Notes: generated from the letters alone by a model not told the origin. DNA of 64,000 bases from an uncultured Candidatus Saccharibacteria bacterium (GCA_964615625.1 CAZTQT010000004.1:2728-66727); one strand, 5' to 3'. Positions 19,232 to 30,154 are shown, counted from the first letter of the stretch. Translations and numbers: made by a program.

Positions 19232-20047
19232 ATGAATCAGTTAACATTACTAAATATTTTGATTATATTTGAAGCGATTTTATTACTGGTCCTGTCTTTA
19301 ATCGTCTTTTCACTTAAAAAACAATCTTCTAGAGAAAAGAATGTTGTTAAGAGTGATACTACAGTATTGAAGGAAGATTTTTTGCCAATAATTGTTCATG
19401 AAATGAGATCTCCCTTATCTATAATAAACGGTGCCGCTGATCTTTTAGTTAAGACCACAGACTCATTATCAGTTGAACAAATACATACTCTTTTAAACCA
19501 AGTAAAAGTATCATCAACAACATTGTTGGATATGGTCGGGAGCATTTTAGATATATCCAAAATGGAAAGTGGTAAGTTTGAGCTAAATAAAAAAATGTCT
19601 AACATAAACTCAGTTCTTGATGATGAGTGTTCTTATTTTGAACCTTTGGCTAAGATAAAAGAAATGAGTTTAGAGTGTACATCTAATGTTGATATCCCAG
19701 ATTTTAGTTTTGATCCAGATAGGATAAAACAAGTTTTGAATAATTTAATATCCAATGCTATAAAATTTAGTTCAGAGAAAGACAAAGTTACCATTAGTGC
19801 GAGAAAGGAAGGTAATAAATGTGTCGTTGAAGTATGTGATATTGGTGTAGGTGTACCAGAAGAAGAAAAGCAGCTTCTTTTCCAGAAGTTTTTCCAAGCC
19901 TCTAATCAGGGTGGTCGTAAGGGTACAGGTCTTGGCCTCTTTATATCAAAGGGTATTGTTGAAGCACATGGTGGGAAGATATGGGTTGAAGATAACGAGC
20001 CAAAGGGAACAAAAATGATCTTTCAGATACCTATAAATACCAACTAA
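19232..20047 (+). CDS. Membrane-anchored histidine kinase (HisKA + HATPase, no evident sensor domain)
   Basis: HEMRSPL, NLISNAIKF, DIGVG, GTGLGL. Confidence 0.9.
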   Translation: MNQLTLLNILIIFEAILLLVLSLIVFSLKKQSSREKNVVKSDTTVLKEDFLPIIVHEMRSPLSIINGAADLLVKTTDSLSVEQIHTLLNQVKVSSTTLLDMVGSILDISKMESGKFELNKKMSNINSVLDDECSYFEPLAKIKEMSLECTSNVDIPDFSFDPDRIKQVLNNLISNAIKFSSEKDKVTISARKEGNKCVVEVCDIGVGVPEEEKQLLFQKFFQASNQGGRKGTGLGLFISKGIVEAHGGKIWVEDNEPKGTKMIFQIPINTN

Positions 20048-20097
20048 TCTTTATACCTGCCCTTGTTTGAGTGTATTTTCAGTGTTAACATTTTTAT

Positions 20098-22383
20098 ATG
20101 AATAAAAAAACTGCCCACATCCTTTGGTTTAAGGATGTTAATAAAAATGATATCCCGTTAGTTGGAGGAAAAGGTGCAAATTTAGGAGAGATGGTGAGAG
20201 CTGGTATTCCCGTACCTGATGGTTTTGTAGTTACAGCCAAGGCTTATTTTGATTTTATAAACTCTACTTCTCTAAAGAAAAAAATTATGACCGAGCTTTC
20301 TGGTTTGGATGTTGATAATTCTGATAAATTAATGAAAGCTTCAGAAAATATCAAGACAGCTATATTGCAGGCCGACATGCCTAAAGATTTAATTGAAGAG
20401 ATTAAAGATTTTTATATGGAGCTATGTGGGGAAAACGACAAATACGTGGCTGTTAGATCTTCCGCTACGGCAGAAGATTTACCCGAGGCTTCTTTTGCAG
20501 GACAGCAGGAGTCATTTTTAAATATTAAAGGGTGGAAGAGTGTAGCACGACATGTGCAAAAATGCTGGGCATCTTTATTTACAGCGAGAGCTATTTTTTA
20601 TAGGCAAGAGAATAAATTTTCTCATTTGAAAGTTGGTATTGCTGTTCCTGTACAGTTAATGTGCCAATCTGATACATCTGGAATTATGTTTACAGTTAAT
20701 CCTGTAACAAATAATAGGGATGAAATATCTGTAGAGGGCGCTTATGGTTTAGGTCAGCCAGTTGTTTCAGGTGAGGTTACACCTGATCAGTACACAGTAG
20801 ATAAAAAATCTTGGAAGATACTATCTAAAAGCATAGTCTCACAAGATTGGCAACTTACCATGGATGGCAATACACCTATTTCCACCAAATATAAAAAGAA
20901 ACAAAAACTTACCGATAAACAAATAATAGATTTAGCAAAAATAGGTGCCATGATAGAGGAGCATTATGGCAAACCTCAAGATATAGAGTACGGTATAGAA
21001 AAAGGAAGAATATTAATAGTTCAATCAAGACCTGTTACAACTCTTGAGCAGAAAGTCCAAAATGTTGTCGTTGATGAAGGGAAGGGGTCAAAGGTTATCT
21101 TAGACGGTTTGGCAGCTTCCCCAGGCGTTTTTGCTGGAAAAGTTCAAATAATTAAAAGCCCTAAAGAAATAGGTAAGGTGAAAGAAGGGGATATATTAGT
21201 TGCCGATATGACCAATCCGGACTACGTGCCTGCTATGAAGAGGGCAGGTGCCATAGTTACTGATCTTGGTGGTAGAACCAGTCATGCAGCTATTGTAAGT
21301 AGAGAACTTGGTGTGCCTGCGGTTGTAGGTACTTTAAATGCTACAAAAATGCTTTCTAATGGAGAAGTAGTCACTGTTGATGGGGCTTCTGGGAAAATAT
21401 ATGAGGGTGATATAACTAAAGTTGTTAGTGAGGTTAAAAAATCTGATGTTGATTTGAGCAAAATTAAGACTGCTACAAAAATATACGTGAATTTAGCAGA
21501 ACCAGAATTGGCAGAAGAGATGGCTTCAAGAAATACAGATGGTGTTGGATTATTAAGAGCAGAATTTATTATAGCTAACATAGGAACTCACCCAAAGAAA
21601 TTTATTAAAGATGGGAAGAAAAAGGAATTTATAAACAAATTGGCCGAAGGTTTGGAGAAATTCGCCGATGCGTTTAACCCAAGACCCGTTGTTTATAGAT
21701 TCACTGACTTTAAAACCAATGAATACAAAGGTTTAAAAGGTGGTGCGGAGTTTGAAACAGAAGAGCCTAATCCAATGATAGGTTATAGGGGTGTTTCAAG
21801 ATACATTAAAGATAGTGATGTTTTTGAGATGGAGCTTGAGGCTATAAAAATAGTTAGAAATAAAAAAGGTCTTAAAAATCTTTGGGTTATGATGCCTTTT
21901 GTCAGAACAGTTGAAGAGTTAAGAGAGGTTAAGAAAATAGTTTCAGCCGCTGGGTTAAGAAGAAGTGGTACATTTAAGTTTTGGATGATGGTTGAGATCC
22001 CATCTAACGTTATTTTACTTGATGATTTTATTGATGAGGGGATAGATGGTGTTTCAATAGGGACAAATGATTTAACAATGTTAACACTTGGTGTTGATAG
22101 AGATAATGAAAAAGTGGCTGATATATACAGTGAAATGAACCCAGCTGTTTTAGCATCTTTGGAAAAAATAGTTAGAACTTGTGAGAAGAGAGATATAACA
22201 TGCTCAGTGTGCGGACAGGCGCCATCAGTTTTTCCAGAATTGGTAGAAATGATGGTTGAGTGGGGTATGACATCTGTTTCAATCAGTCCCGACGTTATTG
22301 AAAAGACCAGAAGTATTGTCTATGAGGCTGAGAAGAAAGTGTTGTCAAAAGGTGGTAAAAGAAAAAAGAGTAAGAAAAAATAA
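20098..22383 (+). CDS. ppsA: Phosphoenolpyruvate synthase (pyruvate,water dikinase)
   Basis: VGGKGANLGE, VRSSATAED, GGRTSHAAI, GLLRAEF, SIGTNDL. Confidence 0.95.
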   Translation: MNKKTAHILWFKDVNKNDIPLVGGKGANLGEMVRAGIPVPDGFVVTAKAYFDFINSTSLKKKIMTELSGLDVDNSDKLMKASENIKTAILQADMPKDLIEEIKDFYMELCGENDKYVAVRSSATAEDLPEASFAGQQESFLNIKGWKSVARHVQKCWASLFTARAIFYRQENKFSHLKVGIAVPVQLMCQSDTSGIMFTVNPVTNNRDEISVEGAYGLGQPVVSGEVTPDQYTVDKKSWKILSKSIVSQDWQLTMDGNTPISTKYKKKQKLTDKQIIDLAKIGAMIEEHYGKPQDIEYGIEKGRILIVQSRPVTTLEQKVQNVVVDEGKGSKVILDGLAASPGVFAGKVQIIKSPKEIGKVKEGDILVADMTNPDYVPAMKRAGAIVTDLGGRTSHAAIVSRELGVPAVVGTLNATKMLSNGEVVTVDGASGKIYEGDITKVVSEVKKSDVDLSKIKTATKIYVNLAEPELAEEMASRNTDGVGLLRAEFIIANIGTHPKKFIKDGKKKEFINKLAEGLEKFADAFNPRPVVYRFTDFKTNEYKGLKGGAEFETEEPNPMIGYRGVSRYIKDSDVFEMELEAIKIVRNKKGLKNLWVMMPFVRTVEELREVKKIVSAAGLRRSGTFKFWMMVEIPSNVILLDDFIDEGIDGVSIGTNDLTMLTLGVDRDNEKVADIYSEMNPAVLASLEKIVRTCEKRDITCSVCGQAPSVFPELVEMMVEWGMTSVSISPDVIEKTRSIVYEAEKKVLSKGGKRKKSKKK

Positions 22384-22384
22384 A

Positions 22385-23608
22385 ATGAAAAAGATAGAAA
22401 ATATAAGAAGCCAAAAAATACTTGATTCAAGAGGTAATTGGACCGTAGAGACTAAAGTAATTTTAGAAGATGGTTCTGTTGCCGTTCAACCTGTTCCTTC
22501 AGGAGCTTCTGTTGGTGAAAACGAAGCTGTATATATAGATGTAGAAAAAGCTGCTGATTTTGTTTCAACGTCTATTAACGATGTTTTAGTTGGAAAAGAT
22601 CCAACTGATCAAAAATCAATAGATAATACGTTGATACAGATGGATGGTACCCATAATAAAGGAAGAATAGGTGCCAACAGTATACTCTCAGTGTCTTTGG
22701 CTTGTGCTAGGGTTTCAGCAATATCTATGGGAATGGAGTTGTATCAATATTTAAGTGTTCTTTATTCAGGAAAAGAGAAGAACAATGGTGATTTAAAATT
22801 TCCTACCCCAATATTTAACGTAATAAATGGTGGGGAGCACGCCAAAAATAAACTATCCTTTCAAGAATTTATGGTCATACCTGCTTTGAATACTCCATTT
22901 AACAAAGCTGTTCAGATGGGCGTGGTTATTTATAAGGATTTAAAGAAGTTGTTACTTGAAGATGATTTTGAAACTGGGGTTGGTGATGAGGGTGGGTTCG
23001 AACCTAGAGGTTTATCTGCTAGAACGGCCTTAGATTTCTTAGAAAAAGCAGCTTCTATACAATATGAGCCAGGTAACAATGTGTTTTTTGGGCTTGATAT
23101 AGCCTCCGGATCTTTTTATGAAAATGGAAAATATCATATAGATGAGGAGAACTTGGAGTTAAGTTCTGATGAAGTTATAGATTACTATGAAAAGCTTTTT
23201 GCTGATTACAAGATAATTTATTTAGAAGATCCTTTATACGAAAGAGATGAGTTTGGTTGGACCAAATTTTATAAGCAAAATAAAGATAAATACATGATTG
23301 TTGCAGATGACTTGGTTGTTACAAATCCAAAAATTTTGGAAAGAGTGTCAAAAGAAAAAATGGCCAGTGCTGTTATTGTTAAACCAAATCAAGTCGGGAC
23401 TCTATCGGAAACATTAGATTTTATAAAATTAGCTAGAAAGTCAAAAATGGATATAGTTATCTCTCACAGAAGCGGGGATAATATAGATGCTTTTATTTCA
23501 GACTTAGCAATTGCTGTTGATGCAGACTTTATTAAATCTGGAGCACCTGCAAGGGGAGAGAGGGTCGCTAAATATAATAGGTTACTAGAGATTTTTTACG
23601 GTTTTTAA
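22385..23608 (+). CDS. eno: Enolase
   Basis: ILDSRGN, VPSGAS, NGGEH, GDEGG, KPNQ, SHRSG, KYNRLL; ATG at 22385 follows the ppsA stop. Confidence 0.93.
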   Translation: MKKIENIRSQKILDSRGNWTVETKVILEDGSVAVQPVPSGASVGENEAVYIDVEKAADFVSTSINDVLVGKDPTDQKSIDNTLIQMDGTHNKGRIGANSILSVSLACARVSAISMGMELYQYLSVLYSGKEKNNGDLKFPTPIFNVINGGEHAKNKLSFQEFMVIPALNTPFNKAVQMGVVIYKDLKKLLLEDDFETGVGDEGGFEPRGLSARTALDFLEKAASIQYEPGNNVFFGLDIASGSFYENGKYHIDEENLELSSDEVIDYYEKLFADYKIIYLEDPLYERDEFGWTKFYKQNKDKYMIVADDLVVTNPKILERVSKEKMASAVIVKPNQVGTLSETLDFIKLARKSKMDIVISHRSGDNIDAFISDLAIAVDADFIKSGAPARGERVAKYNRLLEIFYGF

Positions 23609-24931
23609 TTATTTTTTCCTAACAACGTATGCAGCGTAGTCCTGTCCAAGAGGAGTTTCTAATTTAGAAACAGTTTCATTATCAAGATTTTCAAAATATT
23701 TTCTAAAACCTCTTATAGAATTGCCGTGGCAAGATATACCTATCTTAATATTTTTTCCATCTATTTCCTTTATTAGATCATCACAAAAATTACTTACTCT
23801 TTCACACACCATTTCTATACTTTCTCCATTTGGCGGTGCTGTATCATAACTTCTTCTTATTTTTAATAGTTTTTCAGGATCTTCTAGTTGGATATCCATT
23901 TTACTTTTTCCAGTTAGATCTCCATAAGATCTTTCTCTTATCCTTTCGTCAGTTTCAATTTGTAGATTTTTTGCAGATTCATTTTTAGACATTGCTATTT
24001 TCATTGTATCGATAGCTCGTATCTGGGGGGAAGATATTAATCTGTCAAATTTTATATCTTTAATTTTTTCGGCTAAAACTTCTGCTTGTTGTTTCCCTAA
24101 ATCTGTTAGTGTTGCTTCTCTTTTTCCGCTAAATATAAAATTGGCATTGTCATCTGTTTGACCGTGTCTAAAAATATACAATGTTGGAAATTCATCAGAT
24201 TCTTCCTTTGGCAACTCGTCAACTTTCTTGTAGTTAAGGAGATCTTTTGCTTGCTGTAATTTAGGGTCTTCTTTTTCTTCTGTGTCATTTGAAAATAATT
24301 TTTTCCTCTTTTTATACCCCCATACAAGGAAACCAACAATTAAAGCTAGTATTATGAAAGTTGCTACATTTTCAGATTTTTCCAGTCCTACCATTAAATC
24401 TTCTGAGGCGGCTAAACCAGCATAACCAACATATAAGTAAAATAAATTTCTTATTATTGTTCCTAAAAACGTTGTGGTAAAAAATAACTTCTTTTTTATC
24501 TTTATTAAACCAGATGTTATTGAAATAGGAGAGCTTGGGAATATAGGTAGTGCTCGTAGTGTGAAAAGTACCACCCAGTCTCTTTTAGTTCCGTTAAAGT
24601 ATTTACCTATTTTTTCTATCTCTCCTTTAGATACTCCTATTAACTTCCCAACTTTTGATGTGAAAAGATCTTCCATTTTATCTGTAATCACATATAAAAC
24701 CCATCCTCCTAGGGTTTTGCTTGCAGATCCTAGTATTGCAATTAATATTATGTAAACAAGTGGTCTGGCCTGAGCTTTTGTTATAGAACCAGCTGTTGCA
24801 AGAACAAACGGTGATGGTATTGGAGCTATCACTTCTTCTAAAAATGTCCCAACAATAGTAAATATTTCAAGAGGCACATGTTGGGCTAGTTTTTCTAAGT
24901 ATAAGATTATTGGAGCTATTAAATTTGACAT
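23609..24931 (-). CDS. DedA/SNARE-associated membrane domain fused to a 2,3-BPG-dependent phosphoglycerate mutase (histidine phosphatase)
   Basis: N-term: EEVIAPIPSP, LRALPIFP; C-term: RHGQT, ERSYG, RRSYDTAPP, HGNSIR. Confidence 0.8.
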   Translation of the reverse strand: MSNLIAPIILYLEKLAQHVPLEIFTIVGTFLEEVIAPIPSPFVLATAGSITKAQARPLVYIILIAILGSASKTLGGWVLYVITDKMEDLFTSKVGKLIGVSKGEIEKIGKYFNGTKRDWVVLFTLRALPIFPSSPISITSGLIKIKKKLFFTTTFLGTIIRNLFYLYVGYAGLAASEDLMVGLEKSENVATFIILALIVGFLVWGYKKRKKLFSNDTEEKEDPKLQQAKDLLNYKKVDELPKEESDEFPTLYIFRHGQTDDNANFIFSGKREATLTDLGKQQAEVLAEKIKDIKFDRLISSPQIRAIDTMKIAMSKNESAKNLQIETDERIRERSYGDLTGKSKMDIQLEDPEKLLKIRRSYDTAPPNGESIEMVCERVSNFCDDLIKEIDGKNIKIGISCHGNSIRGFRKYFENLDNETVSKLETPLGQDYAAYVVRKK

Positions 24932-25072
24932 ATAGACCTATAAATTCTACATCAGGGAAGATTTACTTACAACACAATGTACAGATTACATATTGAACAA
25001 AATATCTCATAACTTATTCAAAATTACCATGTTTGTACATAAATGTTTAAAGAATATGAAATATAAATTGTT

Positions 25073-25705
25073 TTAACTTCTATATCTTCTCACGATACCT
25101 GTTACCACACCTTGTATTTTTACTTGGTCTGAATTTACCATTATAGGATCCATTTCCTCATTTGCTGGCTGAAGTCTTATCACCCCGTTTTTTTCTTTGT
25201 AAAATTTCTTTAATGTTGCAAATCCCTCATCTATAAGAGCCACAACTATCTGTCCGTTTTCAGCAGTATCTTGTTGTTTTAGTACAACATAATCACCGTC
25301 CATTATCCCCTCATCTATCATAGATGTTCCTCTGACTTGTAAAACAAAACATCTCTTAGATTTTGATACCATGTCAGGAGAAACCATAACTGTAGACATC
25401 TCATTTTCAATTGCCTCTATTGGTTCCCCAGCTGCTATATATCCTATTAGCGGTAGTTCAATTGCCGATAAATTAGCATTAATAGTATTGTCTATAATTT
25501 CTATACCACGTACTGCACCGTCATATCTTTTTATAACGCCCTTCTTCTCCAAAGATTTAAGATGTTCATGAACGGTTGCCAAAGAGGAGAGTCCCATTGA
25601 ATCTGCTATTTCTTGCAAAGTTGGGGAGTGCCCATTAATTTGAATATACTGGGATATAAAATCTAATATCTGCTTTTGTTTTTTATATAAAGTTACAGGG
25701 CTCAT
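25073..25705 (-). CDS. lexA: SOS repressor LexA
   Basis: SPTLQEIA HTH, AAGEP cleavage site, GTSM Ser, ATLKK Lys; SD AAAGGAG. Confidence 0.95.
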   Translation of the reverse strand: MSPVTLYKKQKQILDFISQYIQINGHSPTLQEIADSMGLSSLATVHEHLKSLEKKGVIKRYDGAVRGIEIIDNTINANLSAIELPLIGYIAAGEPIEAIENEMSTVMVSPDMVSKSKRCFVLQVRGTSMIDEGIMDGDYVVLKQQDTAENGQIVVALIDEGFATLKKFYKEKNGVIRLQPANEEMDPIMVNSDQVKIQGVVTGIVRRYRS

Positions 25706-25733
25706 TTTTCTCCTTTATTTAATTTAAATAATT

Positions 25734-25802
25734 TACGGTTTTTATTCGTGTTTTTATGGTACCGAAAAATACACGAAGCTGTCAATAAGTTTATGGTATT
25801 AT
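25734..25802. promoter_or_regulatory. Divergent lexA/uvrB promoters with two candidate LexA direct-repeat boxes
   Basis: Minus TTGACA(25785-80)-18-TACCAT; plus TGnTATTAT (25797-802); TACGG-N6-TTCGT and CCGAA-N6-ACGAA. Confidence 0.6.
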
Positions 25803-25809
25803 TTTTACG

Positions 25810-27813
25810 ATGTTTAAATTAGTTTCTCCATTTAAGCCAACAGGGGATCAGCCTCAGGCTATAAAAAAAATAACTGAAAATATTAAATCCGGACGTAAGG
25901 ATCAGGTACTTTTGGGTGTAACTGGTTCCGGTAAAACATTTGTTATGGCAAATGTTATTAAGAATATAGGAAAACCAGCTTTAATTATTTCTCACAATAA
26001 AACATTGGCGGCCCAGCTCTATCAAGAATTTCGTGATTTTTTTCCAGAGAACGCAGTTGAGTTTTTTGTTAGTTATTATGATTACTATCAACCAGAAAGT
26101 TATATTCCCTCAACAGACACATATATAGAAAAAGATTCTGCGATAAATGAAAAAATAGATAAATTAAGACTTTCAGCAACAACATCTCTTATGACTAGAA
26201 AAGATGTTATTGTAGTAGCTTCTGTTTCATGTATATATAACCTTGGTTCTCCAGTGGAATATGGAAAAGTAGCTATAGAGCTGAGAACAGGAATGAAACT
26301 TAGAAAAAATGATTTGTTAAAAAGACTTGGTCAAACTTATTACGAAAGATCTGATTTTGATTTTAAAAGAGGGACTTACAGAGTTGTAGGGGATGTAGTT
26401 GATGTTTATCCAGCTTATCAAGATAACGGTTTAAGACTAGAAATAATAGATGACGTGTTAATGAAAATTACCAAGTTTGACCCACTGACTGGGAAGACCT
26501 TAGTTTTAGACCAACAACAGCAGGGACAAGAAGGGTTTGCCATAATATATCCAGCTAAGCATTACGTAACAGATGAAGATAAAAGAGAAGGAGCTATAGA
26601 GAATATAGAGCATGATTTAGAGATAAGACTTAATGAGCTAAAAAAAGAGAATAAGCAGTTGGAAGCATATAGATTGGAGCAGAGAACTAATTATGATTTA
26701 GAAATGATTAGAGAGATAGGTTATTGCAAAGGAATTGAAAATTATTCAAGATATTTTGACGGTAGAAACCCAGGAGATGCACCATATTCTTTAATGGAAT
26801 ATTTTCCAAAAGACTACATAACAATAGTTGATGAGTCCCACATGACAATTCCTCAGATTAGAGGAATGTTTAATGGTGATAAATCAAGAAAAGAAGTTTT
26901 GATAAATTATGGTTTTAGACTTCCCTCTGCTTTAGATAACAGACCTTTAAATTTTGATGAGTTTATGAAGAGAAGAGGTTCTAGTATTTACGTTAGTGCT
27001 ACTCCAGATGAATGGGAAATAAATAAATCTGAAAAAAATATAGTAGAGTTGTTGCTCAGGCCTACGGGTATAACTGATCCTCAAGTTACAATATTGCCCA
27101 CAAAAGAACAGGTTGAGGATTTATTAGAAAAAATAAAAGATAAAGTTTCAAAGGGACAAAGAGTTCTTGTTACTACCCTTACAAAGAGAATGGCAGAGGA
27201 GTTATCGTCTTTTTTAGCAGAAAAAAATGTAAAAGTTACATATCTTCACTCCGATGTTGATACTCTTGAGAGAACAGATATCTTAGATAATCTAAGAAAA
27301 GGTGAGTACGATGTTTTGGTTGGAATAAATTTATTAAGAGAGGGTTTAGATTTACCAGAAGTTGGGTTAGTTGCCATACTTGATGCAGATAAGGAAGGTT
27401 TTTTAAGATCAGAAACTTCTTTAATCCAAACCATGGGAAGAGCAGCCAGACATGTTCAAGGCGAGGTTGTAATGTATGCCGACAATATAACAGGCAGTAT
27501 GTCACGAGCAATTTCAGAAGTTGATAGGAGAAGAAGTATTCAAGTTGATTACAATAAAAAACATGGTATTTCTCCACAGCAAATAGTTAAACCAATAAGA
27601 GAAAAATTAATAGACCAAGAAATAGAAGAGCAGATATCTGGTAAAAAAGAAAAGTGGGAAGATGTAGATTATAAACAACTTCCACCGTCGGAGCTTAAAA
27701 AGGAAATTAAAAATCTTGAGAACATGATGAAATACGAAGCTGAGGTTTTAAATTTTGAGAAAGCAGCTGTTTTAAGAGATAAGATAAGAGAAATAAGAAA
27801 ACTCACTAACTAG
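25810..27813 (+). CDS. uvrB: Excinuclease ABC subunit B
   Basis: PTGDQP, GVTGSGKT, YYDYYQPE, VDESH, NLLREGLD. Confidence 0.97.
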   Translation: MFKLVSPFKPTGDQPQAIKKITENIKSGRKDQVLLGVTGSGKTFVMANVIKNIGKPALIISHNKTLAAQLYQEFRDFFPENAVEFFVSYYDYYQPESYIPSTDTYIEKDSAINEKIDKLRLSATTSLMTRKDVIVVASVSCIYNLGSPVEYGKVAIELRTGMKLRKNDLLKRLGQTYYERSDFDFKRGTYRVVGDVVDVYPAYQDNGLRLEIIDDVLMKITKFDPLTGKTLVLDQQQQGQEGFAIIYPAKHYVTDEDKREGAIENIEHDLEIRLNELKKENKQLEAYRLEQRTNYDLEMIREIGYCKGIENYSRYFDGRNPGDAPYSLMEYFPKDYITIVDESHMTIPQIRGMFNGDKSRKEVLINYGFRLPSALDNRPLNFDEFMKRRGSSIYVSATPDEWEINKSEKNIVELLLRPTGITDPQVTILPTKEQVEDLLEKIKDKVSKGQRVLVTTLTKRMAEELSSFLAEKNVKVTYLHSDVDTLERTDILDNLRKGEYDVLVGINLLREGLDLPEVGLVAILDADKEGFLRSETSLIQTMGRAARHVQGEVVMYADNITGSMSRAISEVDRRRSIQVDYNKKHGISPQQIVKPIREKLIDQEIEEQISGKKEKWEDVDYKQLPPSELKKEIKNLENMMKYEAEVLNFEKAAVLRDKIREIRKLTN

Positions 27814-27879
27814 GAATAATATTAATTGACCTGACTGTTTTTTGAGGTATATTATTTTTAGATCCTATCCCATATTTTT

Positions 27880-30057
27880 ATGAAATATTTGGAAAAATTA
27901 TTGGATTTTATAAATCTAGTTGGTTCCACAACCATTGAAATCTCTGCCATATTATTTACCTTTATAAAAAATACACTTTTTGGTTTCTGGAGAAATATTA
28001 AGAAAATATTTTTAACAAGCAGAATAAGGAAAGACCAAATAAAAGAGAAACCTAAAAGAAAATATTTCTTATCAAAAGTATTGAGTATTTTTTCTCTGTC
28101 ATTTGGAGAGAAAATGTTTATACTCGGTATTCTATTTTCAATTATTTTTATTTTAATACCTGTTACATTGGTAAGGTGGTTAAATGAGTTACCATCACCA
28201 GAAAAATTAGCCCTAGAGACAGACAGAAGATCTACAAGAATACTGGATAGAAGAGGTAGACTTCTTTATGAAATATATGTAGACAAAAATTATAATCCCG
28301 TAGAAATAAGTGAAATTCCTGATTATATGATTAAAGCAACTCTAGCTGTAGAGGATGATAAATTTTTTCAACACTCTGGTATAAGGTTGGATAGCATAAT
28401 AAGAGCCTTAAAAAATAATATAACCAACAATGATTCTTTGCAGGGAGGCTCAACAATAACCCAACAACTTGTTAAAAATACTCTTCTCACATCAGAGAGA
28501 ACATTGTCTAGGAAAATAAAAGAGGCTGTCTTAGCCTTGCTTGTTGAGGCGACATATTCTAAAGAACAGATTTTGGAAATGTATTTAAATAACATTTCTT
28601 ATGGTGGTACTTCTTGGGGTGTTCAATCTGCGTCTCAAAAATATTTTGGAAAAAATGTTTGGGAGCTCACTTTAGGTGAGATCTCTTTGTTGGCTGGTTT
28701 ACCAACAGCTCCTACCAGTTATTCTCCCTTATCAAATATTAATGCTGCAAAAGAAAGGCAGAAATATGTCTTAGACAGAATGGTATTTTTGGGATACATA
28801 AATGAAAATGAATTTAAAAAAGCATATGAAGAAGAACTATGTTTTATTAATCAAGGTGGTTATATTCGCGCTCCCCATTTTGTTGATTTTATAAGAAAGG
28901 ATTTAGAAAAAAGATACGGTAAAAGATACGTAGAAACAGGAGGTTTAGAAGTTATCACCACCTTAGATTTAGATTTACAAGATAAGGTACAGGAGATAAT
29001 TGTTTCCGAGGTTAGGGATAATTCATACCTTGGTTTCTCAAATGGAGCTGCAGTAGTTTTAGATGCAAAAAAGTCTGAGATACTTGCTTATGTTGGATCT
29101 GTGGATTATTTTCAAGACAATTGGGGAGCGTATGACGTTGTTACAGCACTCCGACAGCCGGGGTCATCTATAAAACCCGTTACTTATGCCCTAGCTTTAT
29201 CAGGAAAATACACTCCTGCTACATTTATAAATGATTCTCCCATTACATATAAATTTAAGGGTTCTGAGCCATACACACCTGTTAATTATGATGGTAAATA
29301 TCATGGAAATGTTTCTCTAAGACAGGCTTTGGCAAATTCTTATAATATTCCTGCGGTTAAGTTAGCAAGTGATGTAGGTCCTGATAATATTGTTAAAAGA
29401 GGCAGGGAAATGGGACTTACAAATTGGATTGCAGATGGTTCCTATGGGTTGTCAGTTACTCTTGGAGGTAAGGAAGTTAGGCTTTTGGACCATGTAAATT
29501 TATACGCGACGTTAGCTAGACTTGGTAATTATGAAGAGCTCTCACCATACTTGAGTATAAGAGATTCAAAAAGTAATAATATTTATTTTGATACCAGAAA
29601 AAAAGTTCAAGTTTTGACTCCAGAAGTCTCCTATATTATTTGGGACATATTATCTGATAATAATGCAAGGCTGCCAGCTTTTGGAGTTAATAATTTTCTT
29701 TCTATACCAGGTTATAAAATAGCTGTGAAGACTGGGACAACAGATAATATTAAGGATAATTGGGCTCTTGGTTATACCCCATCTTACGTGGTAGGAGTTT
29801 GGGTTGGTAATAATGATGGATCTCCAATGAATCAAAACTTAGCATCTGGTTTAACAGGTGCGGCACCAATATGGAACAAAATAATGAGAGTTATTTTACA
29901 AGGAAGTGACAACGAAATTTTTGATCAACCAGAGAATGTTTTTGTAAAAAAAGATGAGAAGTGTGGTTATTCAGAGATTTTTATTAAGGGATCTAATATT
30001 CCTAAAAGTCTGTGTCCAGAAAGGGATAATAATAAGGACAAGGATAAAAACAATTAA
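27880..30057 (+). CDS. Class A penicillin-binding protein (PBP1A family)
   Basis: EDDKFFQHSG, GGSTITQQLVKN, RKIKE; SSIK, SYN, KTG. Confidence 0.92.
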   Translation: MKYLEKLLDFINLVGSTTIEISAILFTFIKNTLFGFWRNIKKIFLTSRIRKDQIKEKPKRKYFLSKVLSIFSLSFGEKMFILGILFSIIFILIPVTLVRWLNELPSPEKLALETDRRSTRILDRRGRLLYEIYVDKNYNPVEISEIPDYMIKATLAVEDDKFFQHSGIRLDSIIRALKNNITNNDSLQGGSTITQQLVKNTLLTSERTLSRKIKEAVLALLVEATYSKEQILEMYLNNISYGGTSWGVQSASQKYFGKNVWELTLGEISLLAGLPTAPTSYSPLSNINAAKERQKYVLDRMVFLGYINENEFKKAYEEELCFINQGGYIRAPHFVDFIRKDLEKRYGKRYVETGGLEVITTLDLDLQDKVQEIIVSEVRDNSYLGFSNGAAVVLDAKKSEILAYVGSVDYFQDNWGAYDVVTALRQPGSSIKPVTYALALSGKYTPATFINDSPITYKFKGSEPYTPVNYDGKYHGNVSLRQALANSYNIPAVKLASDVGPDNIVKRGREMGLTNWIADGSYGLSVTLGGKEVRLLDHVNLYATLARLGNYEELSPYLSIRDSKSNNIYFDTRKKVQVLTPEVSYIIWDILSDNNARLPAFGVNNFLSIPGYKIAVKTGTTDNIKDNWALGYTPSYVVGVWVGNNDGSPMNQNLASGLTGAAPIWNKIMRVILQGSDNEIFDQPENVFVKKDEKCGYSEIFIKGSNIPKSLCPERDNNKDKDKNN

Positions 30058-30094
30058 ATCAAGATTGATCTGTCTATAAGAACTTTTACGGTGT

Positions 30095-30149
30095 TTGACA
30101 AGTTTTGGTGTTTTATCTATATTAACCGTAATTTCATATAAAAGGAGAG
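30095..30149 (+). promoter_or_regulatory. Sigma70 promoter and SD of orphan gene
   Basis: TTGACA(30095)-17-TATATT(30118); AAAGGAGAG at 30141-30149. Confidence 0.7.
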
Positions 30150-30154
30150 TAAAG

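Noticed and set aside
22298-22384. N-terminal extension of enolase
   Set aside because: Overlaps ppsA; enolase homology begins at ATG 22385
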